Source: Raillietiella orientalis (taxonomy: Eukaryota). From it: DNA of 64,000 nt. This document shows positions 61,751 through 64,000 of the stretch, piece by piece. The DNA lies in contig JAYWIR010000047.1 of the NCBI GenBank assembly GCA_036172245.1, positions 124,001-188,000 on the forward strand, given 5' to 3'. Numbering within the stretch: the stretch's first letter is position 1; each line of letters starts with the position of its first letter. A model generated the notes under the pieces. The model worked only from the letters and a program-made list of their open reading frames with translations. It was not told the origin of the DNA and did no database searches. The translations under genes and the position numbers were made by a program.

Positions 61751-63344
61751 CGTCATGTCCCGCCTCGCACGTGCTCTTTCAGTGTGCCTCCGATGCCGCT
61801 GGCACGACGTGCCTTGTGTCCTGCTAACCGGCGAAACAAGGAGAGCGCAGCGTCCGGTGGGGGAGATGAAGAGGTGGGAGTGAGCAATCGGGATGGGCCG
61901 ACTCTTCCAGCTCAAAGATGGTAAGATGAGTTGCCCCTTCGACGTAGTGGACGTGTCTTCCCGCCGTAGGGATCCCTTAGTTCCTCGCTCGTGCTGGACG
62001 TGGCGGCGTGCAGCGTCTTTACCGCTTGCCAGCCGTCGAGGAGTTGTTCTTCAGCACTGCTGTGGTGCAGGGAAGCTTCCATCCCGTAGCTAGCAACTGC
62101 CGTTTGTACCTGCGCAGTGAGCGAACACGCTGCGGCAAGAGGTGAGGCTACTGGATGGGACTTGCAGCTCCAGTCCTTTAGGACGTCATTCAGAAGGCTG
62201 AACGTGAGGGTTCTCAGGAGGCGAGGCTTTTCCGGGGACGCAACTCCAGGTTGTCATCCCGAATCCCGACCGCCTTCCGCAACCAGACGTTTCGGTTCAC
62301 TGGGGGGCAGTCGTCCTCCCTGAGCCTCAGCACTCCTTTCGATGGCCCCCGTCGGAGGCCGTGTGACTGCTGAGATTCCCACGCGTGGCACCACCTAGCG
62401 TCGCGGGGAGTTCGGGCACTCGAGAAAGGGTGGAGGGCTCTCGAGAAGATGCCTCCCAACATTTCAAAAGGTGCGGAAGAATAGAGGGCGAGGGACAGGC
62501 CACGATGGCTGCTGATCACAGAAGGGGGGAAGCAGAACAGTGGTCAGTCCGTTGAAGACGGGCGTCACACATGCGCACACATATGTACACATATCGCCTT
62601 CTCGGCCTGTTGGCTAAGATCAAAGTGTACACATATACATGTGAAATTTAGTGTGTTGATCCGTGTTTCACTGTAGGCTGCCAAGAAAACAGAGATGCTG
62701 AAAGTGCAAGATGAGATAAAGAGCCTTATCTCGGAAACATGGGGGCGCAATCTTCTGTTGAAGGATGGGAGGAGAGTGCTCGATGAGGGTTTCCTGCTCC
62801 AAAGGGAACTCTGAAGGGAAGCTGCTGACCCGTCTGGATCAAGGTCTTGTTTCAGAGCTGCTGACAGCCTTATTGGCAGCACCTTCTCGGTCTCGTGTAC
62901 GTCTGCAGCAAGGCGGCACTTGCTCTGTCGGCAAAAACGACGGAGAAGATTCGATGGAACGGAGGCGAATGCGACCCCGAATCCAGCGCTGGATGAACGT
63001 CCATCTCGCTCAGCAGAGGCTCTGGCGTGAAAAGAGGAGCCTCTGCCATTCAGTGATGCGGCGAAGAGCGAGAGAAGTGGGTTGCTCCCGTTTGGGGTGT
63101 GTCCTGTGGACGTTGGTGGGTGACTGCGTGCGGAAATGCGCGCGTGGCATTTTCGAGTCGGTAGGGAGGGAAGAAGGAGGAGTATGGTTACAGCAACGCT
63201 GCGATGGCAATGGTCGCGGAGCACAAACACTTCCAGGGCACTCAAAAAGCTGCTGCGAAGAGCTGGATGTTCCTGGCCGCCGGGGAGTGCGCGGACTCTC
63301 GTGTCTCGCTGGCCGAAACGGCAAGTAGCAGAAAGTTCGCAGCA

Positions 63345-63746
63345 TCACTGATTTCGGCTGCCGAAATCACTGATCTGGAGCAGCAGGAGCTCGATCTTTT
63401 TCTGGAGACGGTAAGGCGCGATCCTGACTTCCAGGTTCTCGAAATCCACGGCTTCGATTTCGTTCCTCCACACCTTGGCGCTCCCGTCGGCACGAGACAG
63501 CATCCTTTCGAAGAGGCTCGCAACTCCGCAGAACTCCCTGAAGGTCAGGCAACCTTCGCGTTCCAAGTCGGTCAGGGAGACGATTTCCTCGACGCAAGCG
63601 CCAGAGACCGATCTTCCCGCAATGCACGAAAGTGCCGTCCCCAGTCTCTGGAAAGATAGCGGGTCGCTTTTGCGCGCAGTACCGTTCATCCACCCCACCA
63701 CTCCGAGAAGCGCGGATGCAGTTGTTCTCAGCTGCCCCCAACCCAA
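63345..63746 (-). CDS. Probable terminal exon of an EF-hand-containing protein (5' boundary uncertain)
   Basis: LSFQRLGTALSCIAGRSVSGACVEEIVSLTDLEREGCLTFREFCG has calmodulin-like helix-loop-helix spacing (DxxxxGxLxFxEF). An in-frame acceptor TCTTTCCAG precedes 63647. Confidence 0.55.
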   Translation of the reverse strand: MGWGQLRTTASALLGVVGWMNGTARKSDPLSFQRLGTALSCIAGRSVSGACVEEIVSLTDLEREGCLTFREFCGVASLFERMLSRADGSAKVWRNEIEAVDFENLEVRIAPYRLQKKIELLLLQISDFGSRNQ

Positions 63747-64000
63747 GTCGTCTTTCCTGTTCCTTCACGTGAGACCGAAGCGGGGAATAGAGTTCGTCCG
63801 CTCCGGAGGCGCAGAAAGCGTGCCATTTTTACACGCATACGCGCTTAAATCCAAAAACGTCCTTCATCTCTACTTCCTTACACAGCTGGGAAGGAAGCCA
63901 AGTACTGCCGTCATCGACTTCGCGACCTCCTTGATCGGCCGACCCACGCCGGCCGAGACGATGCTTGCGGACCGCGCTACCTCCATGTCTTAACCCCAGG

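Noticed and set aside
1..64000. CRISPR arrays, rRNA genes or prokaryotic operons
   Set aside because: No regularly spaced repeats or rRNA-like blocks were seen; spliceosomal introns and LINEs show the window is eukaryotic.

Overview
Eukaryotic (invertebrate animal, probably arthropod) genomic DNA with two compositional regimes. About 1-48.4 kb and 58.9-64 kb are GC-rich and full of decayed L1/Tx1-clade non-LTR retrotransposons (one near-complete copy carrying two nested insertions), a tRNA-headed SINE-like family, a TA-flanked MITE and a gag-like remnant. Three intact-looking secreted-protein genes and an EF-hand exon also lie in the GC-rich parts. About 48.4-58.9 kb is AT-rich and holds two six-exon housekeeping genes, RPL7 and PTPA. 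Highlight 1: a ~2.2 kb, apparently genome-length endogenous CRESS-DNA virus at ~30190-32420, with a pseudogenised HUH+SF3 Rep, a capsid-like gene split across both ends, an intact TAGTATTAC origin hairpin, a TATA box and convergent polyA signals. Highlight 2: an H/ACA snoRNA in RPL7 intron 3 whose 3' pocket matches a conserved 28S rRNA site and whose ACA tail overlaps the splice acceptor. All calls were read by eye without database searches; boundaries of degenerate transposable elements are approximate.
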